DNA from: a virus
Taxonomy: Duplodnaviria > Caudoviricetes
Reading direction: 5' to 3' (one strand)
Virus record (IMG/VR): IMGVR_UViG_3300042154_002208
Length of the DNA: 64,000 nucleotides
Part shown: positions 9,910-18,502 of the stretch, one piece after another
Layout: each line of letters starts with the position of its first letter
Numbering within the stretch: position 1 is the first letter of the stretch
Program-made: the position numbers and the translations under genes
Notes under the pieces: model-generated
What the model saw: only the letters and a program-made list of their open reading frames with translations
What the model was told of the DNA's origin: nothing
The model's database searches: none

Positions 9910-9933
9910 ATACTAATTTAATATTGGTATTTA
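9905..9933 (+). promoter_or_regulatory. T4-type late promoter embedded in an 11-bp hairpin
   Basis: TATAAATA at 9905-9912; stem 9907-9917 pairs with 9923-9933, ending 1 nt before ATG 9935. Confidence 0.7.
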
Positions 9934-9934
9934 G

Positions 9935-10336
9935 ATGTGGCTATATAACGGAAACCCTTTAGAACTTATTCCAGACGACGCTTATGGTTATGTGTACTTG
10001 ATTACCAATACTGCCACGAATCGCAAGTATATAGGTAAAAAGTTGTTTTGGTTTCGCAGAACAAAGGTAGTTAAGGGTAAGAAGAAAAGATTAAAGGTTG
10101 AGTCAGATTGGAGAGATTATTGGTCTTCATCTGATGAGGTTAAAGCTGATGTTGAAACGCATGGTGCGGATAAGTTTATACGAGAGATACTGCATATATG
10201 CCCAAACAAAGGCCTGTGCAATTATTTAGAAGCAAGAGAACAAATGGATAGACGAGTTTTAGAAACAGAAGATTATTACAACGGCCAAGTGCAATGCCGC
10301 GTACATAAAACTCATATCAAGAATTTAAAGGTATAA
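9935..10336 (+). CDS. GIY-YIG family endonuclease
   Basis: GYVYLITN...KYIGKK; conserved R, E and N positions. Confidence 0.8.
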   Translation: MWLYNGNPLELIPDDAYGYVYLITNTATNRKYIGKKLFWFRRTKVVKGKKKRLKVESDWRDYWSSSDEVKADVETHGADKFIREILHICPNKGLCNYLEAREQMDRRVLETEDYYNGQVQCRVHKTHIKNLKV

Positions 10337-10348
10337 GAAAGAATTAAA

Positions 10349-11479
10349 ATGCAAATTACAAATGTTAACTTCGCTCTTGGCGGAATGAATATACAGACAT
10401 GGGATCCTCCTGTTCCAACGCTTTACCTTTGGGAATGGGGATATAATCCTTATGGCAATTTAGGATTAGGCGATACTACAAATAGATCCACTCCTACACA
10501 GGTTGGAGTATCTACTAATTGGAATTCTCTTTACGTTACTTCTTATAGAAGTATAGCAACTAAATCTGACGGTACGTCATGGGTGTGGGGATATAATGGA
10601 TATGGTCAATTAGGATTGGGCGCTGGCGGAAATGTATCGAGTCCAGTTCAGTTAGGTTCTGCGAATGAATGGTCAAGTTTCTCAGTAGGCCACAGTACAA
10701 ATCACACGATGGGGATAAAACCAAATGGGACTTTATGGGCATTTGGAAACAATAACCAAGGACAATTAGGTTTAAGTAATACTACAGGGTATTCAAGTCC
10801 AAAACAAGTTGGATTATTAACTAATTGGTTGGCTGCTGCTACCGGATATAGACATACGGTAGCTGTTAAAACAGATGGTACTTTGTGGGCATGGGGCAGT
10901 AATCAAGTATATCATCTAGGCTTGGGTGATAATACAAATAGATCTAGTCCAGTACAAGTTGGAAGTGCAACCAATTGGTTAAAGGTTGTTGCAGGTAAAT
11001 GGCATTCTTATGCAATTAAAACTGACGGAACCATTTGGTCTTGGGGACAAAATTATAAAGGTGCAACAGGTTTAAATGAGGGTGGTACTAACGCAACCTC
11101 AACTCCTACAAAAATAGGAACATTAACTAATTGGTTAAATGTTTCTGCAGGAGAGTATACTGCGTACGCTATAAAAACAGATGGAACCTTATGGGCATGG
11201 GGTTTAGGCACTAGCGGGCAATTAGGATTAAGTGGTACTACAAATAGATCAAGTCCAACACAGGTTGGCGCATTGACTAATTGGTTAAGTGTTGCCGGCG
11301 GAGCATACTGGGCAGCGGCGGTAAAAACCAATGGTACGCTGTGGACATGGGGATATAATCCTTATGGTAATTTAGGATTAGGCAATACTACAGATAGATC
11401 AAGTCCAGTGCAAGTAGGCGCATTAACTTCTTGGACAACAATAGGTGCAGGCTCCTATAATGGCGCAGCAATAGGATAA
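10349..11479 (+). CDS. RCC1/BLIP-II-like seven-bladed beta-propeller
   Basis: Seven W.WG.N..GQLGLG-type repeats. Confidence 0.9.
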   Translation: MQITNVNFALGGMNIQTWDPPVPTLYLWEWGYNPYGNLGLGDTTNRSTPTQVGVSTNWNSLYVTSYRSIATKSDGTSWVWGYNGYGQLGLGAGGNVSSPVQLGSANEWSSFSVGHSTNHTMGIKPNGTLWAFGNNNQGQLGLSNTTGYSSPKQVGLLTNWLAAATGYRHTVAVKTDGTLWAWGSNQVYHLGLGDNTNRSSPVQVGSATNWLKVVAGKWHSYAIKTDGTIWSWGQNYKGATGLNEGGTNATSTPTKIGTLTNWLNVSAGEYTAYAIKTDGTLWAWGLGTSGQLGLSGTTNRSSPTQVGALTNWLSVAGGAYWAAAVKTNGTLWTWGYNPYGNLGLGNTTDRSSPVQVGALTSWTTIGAGSYNGAAIG

Positions 11480-11516
11480 AATAAAATGCCATTAGTTTTT
11501 AACAGGCAATAATATA

Positions 11517-11837
11517 ATGACAATACTACAACTACTTGAATGCGTATTTTATGCGTGGATAATTTGGAATGCAATTGGCTTTATTAGAGCGGTAACTAAT
11601 AAAGACATGCAACAATATAAAATGATTACTCCTCCCAGTGAACAGGAAAAGTATATAGAATGCAGAGTTGAGCATCACGGAGATCAAGTATACTTATGGA
11701 CTTTGAACCCTGAATCATTTCTAATTCAAGGCAAGTCTTTAGATGAGATACAAGAGGCATTGCTAAAGATAATGCCCAACACGACTCTGGTAATAACAGA
11801 ATCAGATCGAGAGTTAGACGGTCTAAACCCTGTGTAA
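11517..11837 (+). CDS. Hypothetical membrane-anchored protein
   Basis: N-terminal hydrophobic segment; 106 aa. Confidence 0.65.
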   Translation: MTILQLLECVFYAWIIWNAIGFIRAVTNKDMQQYKMITPPSEQEKYIECRVEHHGDQVYLWTLNPESFLIQGKSLDEIQEALLKIMPNTTLVITESDRELDGLNPV

Positions 11838-11912
11838 GTTATAAAGTATCTGCACTGCGACAGCAGCTGTGGATACTGCCACGATTAAAACGTAATAAAT
11901 TGTGTGTTTCAT
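11823..11912 (-). CDS. Small hydrophobic peptide, 29 aa
   Basis: MKHTIYYVLIVAVSTAAVAVQILYNLHRV, directly after the GluTR-domain gene. Confidence 0.4.
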   Translation of the reverse strand: MKHTIYYVLIVAVSTAAVAVQILYNLHRV

Positions 11913-11914
11913 TT

Positions 11915-12187
11915 TTAATTATCCCAAGTGACATGATCCGCAACCGGAGATATCATTTTCATTATTTGTTCGTATTCAAGTTTATTTTTATGCACATCAT
12001 AGCTGTAAGGTACTCGGATGCAAGTGAGAATATAATGTTTCATTTTATTTGTGATGCGAATAGACATCTGTTCTAATACTGTGTCAGCGGGCGTTCCGTG
12101 TGCCAATGCTTGCATGGCATAACCGAATTCAAACTGTCTGACTCTTTCAGACCATTGTTCAAATGTCTCTCCGTCTTTGATTTTCAT
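11915..12187 (-). CDS. Stand-alone glutamyl-tRNA reductase (HemA) dimerisation-domain-like protein
   Basis: ERVRQFEFGYAMQALAHG.....VLEQMS.RITNKMKH follows the HemA C-terminal pattern R..EL..A...L..G.....V...L...LTNKLLH. Confidence 0.7.
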   Translation of the reverse strand: MKIKDGETFEQWSERVRQFEFGYAMQALAHGTPADTVLEQMSIRITNKMKHYILTCIRVPYSYDVHKNKLEYEQIMKMISPVADHVTWDN

Positions 12188-12387
12188 TTAAATAATGATA
12201 AAGATGCGAGTTTTGATTCCAAATAGGCAATCTGTGTTACTATGGCATCGAATGATGCACAGGTGCTAGATGAACCTGGTACACCCACAGTATGTTGCAA
12301 TAATACTTCAGCGTCAATTCTAAACTGTTCAATATCTGCGGTGTATCGTGCTGCGGTTGCATCGATGATTTGATTTCTAAAACTCAT
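12184..12387 (-). CDS. Conserved phage hypothetical protein
   Basis: ATG at 12387 (MSFRNQII...); helical, with a VLL...VGV motif. Confidence 0.7.
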   Translation of the reverse strand: MSFRNQIIDATAARYTADIEQFRIDAEVLLQHTVGVPGSSSTCASFDAIVTQIAYLESKLASLSLFK

Positions 12388-12554
12388 TATGTGTTCTTTC
12401 GTGTTTGATGTCGATATTCTCTTTTTATCCACCATTTATATTTGCCCCAATATTCTTGAATAGTTATTTGTTCTTCTTTGTGTAGGAATCTTTCTTCTAG
12501 ATTTTCATGCCATAATCTAAAAACCCACAATCTAAATTTAGAATCTTTATACAT
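12387..12554 (-). CDS. Trp-rich hypothetical protein, 55 aa
   Basis: Hand translation MYKDSKFRLWVFRLWHEN...YWGKYKWWIKREY; fills the gap in the operon. Confidence 0.75.
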   Translation of the reverse strand: MYKDSKFRLWVFRLWHENLEERFLHKEEQITIQEYWGKYKWWIKREYRHQTRKNT

Positions 12555-12738
12555 AATCTTCATACATTATTTTAGCACCATCCTCACCCAATTCATTTAC
12601 AAATATCTCATGAGTACGTTGCATCATGGCACATGCCATCATTAGTATATCTTCTCTATTATCGCACATCAAAATCTGTTGTTCTATAGGAGCCATTAAT
12701 TCTTCCATGCGTTGTTTTGTTGTGTCGTTATTGTTCAT
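12547..12738 (-). CDS. Hypothetical protein
   Basis: 63 aa; GAGGAG upstream. Confidence 0.7.
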   Translation of the reverse strand: MNNNDTTKQRMEELMAPIEQQILMCDNREDILMMACAMMQRTHEIFVNELGEDGAKIMYEDYV

Positions 12739-12902
12739 ACAATCTCCTCAAGAATGCCCAATAGTTCTGCAGTAATTAACAATAGACCGGCAATAACAAA
12801 ATCACCCGTGATTAAGTATGCCCCTGCTATAATTCGCATTCCACTTTTAATCAAACTGATATAAAAGTGACCTTTGCTTGTATCTTTTGGCTGAATATCC
12901 AT
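12735..12902 (-). CDS. Small membrane protein, 55 aa
   Basis: MDIQPKDTSKGHFYISLIKSGMRIIAG...AELLGILEEIV; first gene after the minus-strand promoter. Confidence 0.75.
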   Translation of the reverse strand: MDIQPKDTSKGHFYISLIKSGMRIIAGAYLITGDFVIAGLLLITAELLGILEEIV

Positions 12903-12936
12903 GTAGAATCCCTATATTGTAGATAATATTACCTCG

Positions 12937-13037
12937 ATTATATATTCTTTTTGATGTCTTGTCAAGCACTTTTTTAGCAGAAATTCGAATCTTTTTGACT
13001 AAAAAGGCTTGACAAGATGTGCATTTGCACATATAAT
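12937..13037. promoter_or_regulatory. Divergent sigma70 promoter pair
   Basis: Minus: TTGACA(12960-65)-17-TATAAT(12937-42). Plus: TTGACA(13009-14)-17-TATAAT(13032-37). Confidence 0.85.
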
Positions 13038-13075
13038 TATGACATGATGAAAAGTAAATTTGTGCAAATCAAAAG

Positions 13076-13131
13076 AACCCATAAAGCCAAAAGGGTTATT
13101 GCTTGTGCAAATGTGCAAAAGCAATTATAAT
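13076..13131 (+). promoter_or_regulatory. Promoter with upstream dyad
   Basis: AACCC-N12-GGGTT, then TTGTGC-17-TATAAT. Confidence 0.65.
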
Positions 13132-13162
13132 AGATATATAGCAAACAAAAACAGGAGTTAGT

Positions 13163-14071
13163 ATGCGTGTAAAAGTAATTTTCAACAAAGCAAAGAATCG
13201 TTTCGAAGGTTTTGTTGATGGTAAAATGGTCTCAAGATCACGTCATGAATCTTATGTGCGCGACCAGATTGCTAAATTAGGTTTGCAAGTAGAACCAGTA
13301 AGCGGTACTGTAAATACCCAGCCCAAGGTTGACGAATTTGGTATCAACAAGCGTTTTGACTTTGTTGCACAAATGGTCACAATGGTTGCTAAAAAGACTA
13401 TCGCATCGGCAATTATCACAGGCCAAGGTGGCTTGGGTAAGACACATACTGTTTTGAAATCACTCAAAGCACAGAACTTGATTGACACTACAGACTTAGC
13501 ACAGTTCGAAGAAGGTGCTCGCATTAATAGTGAAAAGAGTTTTCGCATTGTAAAAGGTTACAGTACTGCTAAAGGTCTGTATCGCACATTGTTCGAAGGC
13601 AATGGTCAAGTATTAGTATTTGATGACTGCGATAGCGTGCTCAAAGACCCAGTTGCTCTTAATTTGCTCAAGGGTGCACTTGACTCATACGGCGAACGCT
13701 GGATCAACTGGAATGCAGACATGAAAGATGACGATCTGCCCCGCAGTTTCAAATTTACAGGTAGCATTGTGTTTATCTCGAACATGGATCTTGATCGTGT
13801 AGACCAAGCTGTTAAGAGTCGTGCAATGTGCGTTGACTTGAGCATGACACAAGCTCAAAAGATTGAGCGCATGGAAGTGTTGATTGACGATTCAGAGTTT
13901 ATGCCAGAGTTTGCAACATCGCATAAAGCTGACGCAATTGCATTTATCAAGACAATTGGTAATAGCATTGAGAACTTGAGTTTGCGTTCGTTAATCTCAA
14001 CGACAAAGATTCGTGCAGAAGGTGGCGATTGGAAACAATTGGCTAAGTATGTATTGACACAAGGTGCTTAA
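13163..14071 (+). CDS. P-loop (AAA+-like) ATPase
   Basis: Walker A GQGGLGKT, Walker B LVFDDCD, FISN sensor, SR finger; strong AGGAG RBS. Confidence 0.85.
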   Translation: MRVKVIFNKAKNRFEGFVDGKMVSRSRHESYVRDQIAKLGLQVEPVSGTVNTQPKVDEFGINKRFDFVAQMVTMVAKKTIASAIITGQGGLGKTHTVLKSLKAQNLIDTTDLAQFEEGARINSEKSFRIVKGYSTAKGLYRTLFEGNGQVLVFDDCDSVLKDPVALNLLKGALDSYGERWINWNADMKDDDLPRSFKFTGSIVFISNMDLDRVDQAVKSRAMCVDLSMTQAQKIERMEVLIDDSEFMPEFATSHKADAIAFIKTIGNSIENLSLRSLISTTKIRAEGGDWKQLAKYVLTQGA

Positions 14072-14072
14072 T

Positions 14073-14300
14073 ATGACAGACCGAGATATGGGAAATTTAA
14101 TGTTCTTATTGAAAGCAGACGATGAGACATTTAGACACTGGCTTGAAAATTGTAGCTTTGACGATATTGCATATGCAAATGAATTGATTACTGCATATAG
14201 AAAAGAGAAAATATATCTAGCAGAAGATGTCGATGATTTCTCTCTTGCTAAAGATGTTCTAAGTAAATTCACATTAGGTACGAAACTCAAGAATGGCTAG
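14073..14300 (+). CDS. Hypothetical protein
   Basis: ATG 14073, 75 aa. Confidence 0.7.
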   Translation: MTDRDMGNLMFLLKADDETFRHWLENCSFDDIAYANELITAYRKEKIYLAEDVDDFSLAKDVLSKFTLGTKLKNG

Positions 14301-14547
14301 TCTAAAAGATCATTTTGAATCCGTTAGATACTTTGGTAAATATCAATTAGGTGATAGAGTTACTGGAGTGTACAAAGGTGTTAGGTGGGTAGGCTCTGTG
14401 GGTAATGACAGGGTTATCAACGAACAACAAGGCCCTACAGTAACTATTCATCTTGATTTACCTTTCAAGATCGAAGACGAAATATACAAGCATATACTTA
14501 TTGTCAAACCCAAAGATATTAAAAGATTAACTAATTATGACGTATAA
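14293..14547 (+). CDS. Hypothetical protein, SH3-like beta pattern
   Basis: 84 aa; overlaps both neighbours. Confidence 0.7.
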   Translation: MASLKDHFESVRYFGKYQLGDRVTGVYKGVRWVGSVGNDRVINEQQGPTVTIHLDLPFKIEDEIYKHILIVKPKDIKRLTNYDV

Positions 14548-14824
14548 TAGAGAATTAGTAATAAACACTAAAGATTGTGTTTATCATCCTAAAGCCAAAC
14601 GATTAACTATCTCTACAGAGAAAATAGCTGGCTCGATTATCTTTCCTAATACAGTATATGTCAAATCACATCATACTAATAATCAGATAACATTTAAACC
14701 TATTAAAGAAACTCATAATGATTTTGACCAAGATCAATGGGATGGTGAACAGCAAATATATGAACCAATATATACTGGAGTTAAAGTTAATGTTAAAACT
14801 CTGGTAATATATCGAGGCGAATAA
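14537..14824 (+). CDS. Hypothetical protein
   Basis: 95 aa; overlaps the previous gene. Confidence 0.7.
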   Translation: MTYNRELVINTKDCVYHPKAKRLTISTEKIAGSIIFPNTVYVKSHHTNNQITFKPIKETHNDFDQDQWDGEQQIYEPIYTGVKVNVKTLVIYRGE

Positions 14825-14834
14825 TCAGTGTTGC

Positions 14835-14929
14835 ATTATAACATCGTTCAAGTGTTCTGTCAAGCACGTTATAGTACCCATACAAATTGCTCGGGAATGC
14901 TTGACAGGTTGTCCAAAATGTGCTATAAT
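14835..14929. promoter_or_regulatory. Back-to-back sigma70 promoter pair
   Basis: Minus: TTGACA(14858-63)-17-TATAAT(14835-40). Plus: TTGACA(14901-06)-17-TATAAT(14924-29). Confidence 0.85.
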
Positions 14930-14953
14930 TGAGACATAGCAAAAAGGAAATAT

Positions 14954-15268
14954 ATGAAATTAGTCATTTCAACTCAAGTATACGAAAATTATGGTGCTCA
15001 CGATTGGGATGGTACTGGCGAGTGCCCTCAATACTGGAAAGCCAAAGGCGGTAGCGATTACGCTATTAAGAACTTCAAAGGTGGCGATGAAGAGGCTGTC
15101 AAAGCAATCTTTTGTTTACGTCCAAAGATTGAGAGTGACGACGAGTTCTATCGTGAGTATATCCTAAGCTGGAACATTGTCGGCGACGACTACCTCACAG
15201 AGTTCGAGCAGTCACAGCTTGACTACGAAGGCAAGATTCGTTTCCCCGTCAAGGAGTTGGCATGGTAA
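14954..15268 (+). CDS. Conserved phage hypothetical protein
   Basis: TQVYENYGAHDWDG.GECPQYWKAKGG motif; RBS AAGGA. Confidence 0.8.
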   Translation: MKLVISTQVYENYGAHDWDGTGECPQYWKAKGGSDYAIKNFKGGDEEAVKAIFCLRPKIESDDEFYREYILSWNIVGDDYLTEFEQSQLDYEGKIRFPVKELAW

Positions 15269-15348
15269 TGAATATTTTATTAGGAATGTGTATTGGTGTT
15301 TGTTTGGGTCTAGCAATACATCTTTTTTATATTGACTAAGGAATTATA

Positions 15349-15618
15349 ATGCGTACAAAGACATTGGTTGACGGTTTAAAGAATTCACAAAAGATCCGAG
15401 TCATTATAGATGGCTTTGGAATCTATACTACGGTCGGCAATATATTCAATGTATATGCTCATCACAGCTTGAAGCAGGCAGCATGGGATGGGTTGTTGCG
15501 TTTGAGTAGCGATCGCTATTTTGCTGAAAGAGCAAACAAAGAATTACCAACGATGGTTAGCATAAAGAGTATGAATACTACTCAGATTGCTAAGCAAGTA
15601 CAAATTGATTTGATTTAA
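15349..15618 (+). CDS. Hypothetical protein
   Basis: 89 aa; RBS AAGGA. Confidence 0.7.
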   Translation: MRTKTLVDGLKNSQKIRVIIDGFGIYTTVGNIFNVYAHHSLKQAAWDGLLRLSSDRYFAERANKELPTMVSIKSMNTTQIAKQVQIDLI

Positions 15619-15627
15619 GGAATAGAT

Positions 15628-16182
15628 ATGCCTAATTGGTGCAGTAATACAGTTCGCCTCACCCATGAAGATCCAGCTATGATTATTCGAGCGCGCGACG
15701 CTTTGACAAATGGTACATTCTTTAATGAGTTTGTTCCAGTACCGAAAGGATTATCTGAATCAATAGCATCGTCAGAAACAGACGAAGCATTGATAAAGTC
15801 AAACATCGACAAGTTTGGTTACGCATCCTGGTATGATTTTTGCGTAAATGAATGGGGAACGAAATGGGATACGGAATGCCATAGCGTCGATATCTATGAA
15901 GAGCATCCTGACACACTCGAGGCAGTATTTGATACAGCATGGGCACCACCTGTTCCGTTTTATGAAAAGCTAGAACGTATGGGTTTTCAGGTTGAGGCAA
16001 AATACTATGAGTCCGGTATGTGCTTTGCTGGAATGTATTCTAATGGTTCAGACGATTACTACGAACTCGGCACAATGTCAGCAGAAGATGTCGAGCGCAC
16101 TATTCCCGAAGAGCTAGATGCCGAGTTTGGCATCAGCGATAATATGTATCAGTATGAAAAGGATAACAATGAAGACGTTTGA
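15628..16182 (+). CDS. YubB/DUF1281-like ferredoxin-fold protein
   Basis: MPNWC.N, WY.....WGTKWD and F.TAW.PP motifs. Confidence 0.8.
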   Translation: MPNWCSNTVRLTHEDPAMIIRARDALTNGTFFNEFVPVPKGLSESIASSETDEALIKSNIDKFGYASWYDFCVNEWGTKWDTECHSVDIYEEHPDTLEAVFDTAWAPPVPFYEKLERMGFQVEAKYYESGMCFAGMYSNGSDDYYELGTMSAEDVERTIPEELDAEFGISDNMYQYEKDNNEDV

Positions 16183-16396
16183 CACATTTGAACAAGTAGA
16201 AGACATGGGCGCTTGCATGAAGCGACCTATTGTAGTACATGCTAAAAAGATTGATGAGGACTTTCGTGTGAATACACTCGAAGGAAATTACAAGCAAGGC
16301 AAAGCTGGTGACTATTTGATGCGAGGAGTAGATGGAGAATTATACATCTGCGATGGTCCGATATTTGATAGAACCTATGATTTTGTAAGTGCTTAA
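16169..16396 (+). CDS. PGDYG-like small protein
   Basis: TLEG....KAGDYLMRGVDGELY.C....FDRTY. Confidence 0.75.
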   Translation: MKTFDTFEQVEDMGACMKRPIVVHAKKIDEDFRVNTLEGNYKQGKAGDYLMRGVDGELYICDGPIFDRTYDFVSA

Positions 16397-16416
16397 TATT
16401 TAAGCAACGAGGATAT

Positions 16417-16728
16417 ATGGAAAAAGTAATTAGAGACGGCAGAGTTGCTGTACTGGTATCGCCGGGTTTCGGTGCAGGTTGGTCTACTTGGAATAGAGAT
16501 GTGCCAGAATTGCTATTTGACCCAGCTATTGTTCAAATGGTTGGCGATGGTACAAGACCTGATACAATTGAATTATATTGCGAGGCCAAGTATCCCAACC
16601 AGTATTTTGGTGGAGCTAGCGATCTGACGGTAGTGTGGGTACCAGTCGGTACAGAATTTATAATAGATGAATATGATGGTGCAGAATCTATCATATTCAA
16701 AGACCAAGAAAAATGGATAACAGCATGA
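16417..16728 (+). CDS. Conserved phage hypothetical protein
   Basis: VAVLVSPGFGAGWSTWN and F.I.EYDG.E motifs. Confidence 0.8.
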   Translation: MEKVIRDGRVAVLVSPGFGAGWSTWNRDVPELLFDPAIVQMVGDGTRPDTIELYCEAKYPNQYFGGASDLTVVWVPVGTEFIIDEYDGAESIIFKDQEKWITA

Positions 16729-16994
16729 ATGAGAATATAAGAAAAATAATGGAAAAGGCTGACATGCCTATGTGGCAAGATGAGCCATGGGGACCTGGGC
16801 CAGGACATGTGGACTGGCAAGGAGTTGACAGTAAATGCTTTGAAGTCTTTTTGCATCACTTGATTAATGAAGCGGTAGGCGTCGTTGCCAATGCCAGCAC
16901 ATCATCTGCATTCACGACATTTGATCAGGCGGTTGTTGTATCTGCACTGGCTAATGCACGCAAAGATATCAAGAATCACTTCGGTGTCAAGTAG
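16725..16994 (+). CDS. Hypothetical protein
   Basis: ATGA overlap with the previous stop. Confidence 0.65.
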   Translation: MNENIRKIMEKADMPMWQDEPWGPGPGHVDWQGVDSKCFEVFLHHLINEAVGVVANASTSSAFTTFDQAVVVSALANARKDIKNHFGVK

Positions 16995-16997
16995 TGC

Positions 16998-17081
16998 ATT
17001 TTAACATCTTTCAAGTGTTTTGTCAATACCCCAGAAGTCTGAAGGGTTATTGCTTGTGCTTTTAGCCCGAATGTGCTATAA
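16998..17081. promoter_or_regulatory. Back-to-back promoter pair with central dyad
   Basis: Minus: TTGACA(17021-26)-17-TAAAAT(16998-17003). ACCC-N12-GGGT. Plus: TTGTGC(17054-59)-16-TATAAT(17076-81). Confidence 0.75.
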
Positions 17082-17088
17082 TTAGGGC

Positions 17089-17391
17089 ATGAGAAAGAAA
17101 AGATCAGACAGACGCCATATCGTTTACATGCTACAAAATGTAGCAACCGGAGATTTCTACATCGGAATTACTCAGGGTTTTCGCAAGCAGGACCTCAAAA
17201 TCCGCGTACAAAAGCACATTAGACGGGCATTGACTGAGCACAAGTCCTGGACGCTATGCGACGCTATCAGGTCCTACGGGGTCTCAGCATTTGTTGCACA
17301 AGAACTTGCCATCGTCAGAGGCAAAGCTCCAGCTCACGCTTTAGAACGCCAGTTAATTGGTGAGTACTCACCAACATTGAACTCGCAGTAA
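17089..17391 (+). CDS. Minimal GIY-YIG nuclease
   Basis: IVY.LQN..TG.FYIG, R...H and E motifs. Confidence 0.75.
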   Translation: MRKKRSDRRHIVYMLQNVATGDFYIGITQGFRKQDLKIRVQKHIRRALTEHKSWTLCDAIRSYGVSAFVAQELAIVRGKAPAHALERQLIGEYSPTLNSQ

Positions 17392-17444
17392 CCCTAGTTT
17401 CCAAAGGGTTATTGCTTGACAAGTTGTCCAAAATGTGCTATAAT
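17389..17444 (+). promoter_or_regulatory. Sigma70 promoter with upstream dyad
   Basis: TAACCCT-N9-AGGGTTA, then TTGACA(17416-21)-17-TATAAT(17439-44). Confidence 0.85.
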
Positions 17445-17468
17445 TAAAGCATGAAAAAGGAAAACAAA

Positions 17469-17651
17469 ATGACAGTATACATTTTACAAGCACAGGGTCT
17501 GGGTGATAACGAATTTGCATTTTACAACACTGGCGTTTATAGCACACTGGAATTTGCACAAAATGCAGAACAGAATCTTATTCGTGAGTCGCATGACGAC
17601 GGGCTTACTGATATCGCAACTAACATAGAAATGCTGGAATTGGATTGCTAA
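17469..17651 (+). CDS. Hypothetical protein
   Basis: ATG 17469 after AAAGGA. Confidence 0.7.
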   Translation: MTVYILQAQGLGDNEFAFYNTGVYSTLEFAQNAEQNLIRESHDDGLTDIATNIEMLELDC

Positions 17652-17652
17652 A

Positions 17653-17946
17653 ATGAGAGACGATAGAAAAGATTACGTAGTTAAAGAGACCTGGCAAGAT
17701 GGTTCTGAGACTTATTTTATTTCCAGAGAGCATCAGCCAGAAGATGCCATTCACAGAGTGAACGTACGCTGGGATTCTATGGCACACGTATTCGGAGCAC
17801 ACGGCACCGTTATTACAAGACCAACAGCATTTGAGATATATAACGCAACAGTAGAAGATATGCCTCATTACTGGCACCCAGCATCAAGCATCAGTTCGCT
17901 TGTGAAACGTGTTTATCTTTTAGACGAAATGGAACATTATGGTTAA
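17653..17946 (+). CDS. Hypothetical protein
   Basis: 97 aa within the operon. Confidence 0.65.
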   Translation: MRDDRKDYVVKETWQDGSETYFISREHQPEDAIHRVNVRWDSMAHVFGAHGTVITRPTAFEIYNATVEDMPHYWHPASSISSLVKRVYLLDEMEHYG

Positions 17947-18160
17947 TAATATAGTTGTACCAGAATTTGGAATGTTCACCGAAGAAGGTGATTACGAAGT
18001 ATATCGCATTGTCGATTTAGCTTTAAGAGCGAATCTAACCTGGAATCAGGTAAAAGGATTATTAGAGCAATTGGCTACGGATCTGGGTCACGAAGAAGCC
18101 ACAGATACAGTAGTTCGCGAACGAGTTTGGGAATATCTATTTTATGAAAGCAGACCATAA
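17939..18160 (+). CDS. Hypothetical protein
   Basis: 73 aa; EA.DT.VRE.V motif. Confidence 0.65.
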   Translation: MVNNIVVPEFGMFTEEGDYEVYRIVDLALRANLTWNQVKGLLEQLATDLGHEEATDTVVRERVWEYLFYESRP

Positions 18161-18161
18161 T

Positions 18162-18332
18162 ATGAGTAAATACGAATTTTTAGAAATGTTAAACGACGAA
18201 TATCCGCCAGTCAATCTAGCTGGTATTGAATACAGTTTTGGATATGCTCTGAAAGAATTAGATCCAATTCGACTCGACGTAATGTACAATGATTATTGCT
18301 CAATGCTGGAAGAGGAAGAATATGAATCTTGA
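18162..18332 (+). CDS. Hypothetical protein
   Basis: E.L...YP.V..AG..Y.....LKELDPI motif. Confidence 0.7.
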   Translation: MSKYEFLEMLNDEYPPVNLAGIEYSFGYALKELDPIRLDVMYNDYCSMLEEEEYES

Positions 18333-18501
18333 TAATCTGATCGACGAATACGTCACAATATTAGATCGAGATCCCTTAGATCATTCGGAATCAACTGATG
18401 TTATTCTGCAAGAGTTCGCGAATAAAGTAATTGAACTCACTCGTCACGATCTTGGTCAAAGTAATTATTACAAAAAGCAACACAGTCTCTGGATAGATTA
18501 A
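18322..18501 (+). CDS. Hypothetical protein
   Basis: ATG 18322 after GAGGA. Confidence 0.6.
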   Translation: MNLDNLIDEYVTILDRDPLDHSESTDVILQEFANKVIELTRHDLGQSNYYKKQHSLWID

Positions 18502-18502
18502 A

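Noticed and set aside
10435-11400. RCC1 repeat pair as a DGR template/variable region
   Set aside because: The three mismatches (C/T, G/A, A/G) are not adenine-directional, both copies are in frame in one gene, and no reverse transcriptase is in the window
17423-17431. TTGTCCAAA/TTATCCAAA in promoter spacers as DnaA boxes
   Set aside because: One or two mismatches from consensus, and explained by duplication of one promoter cassette
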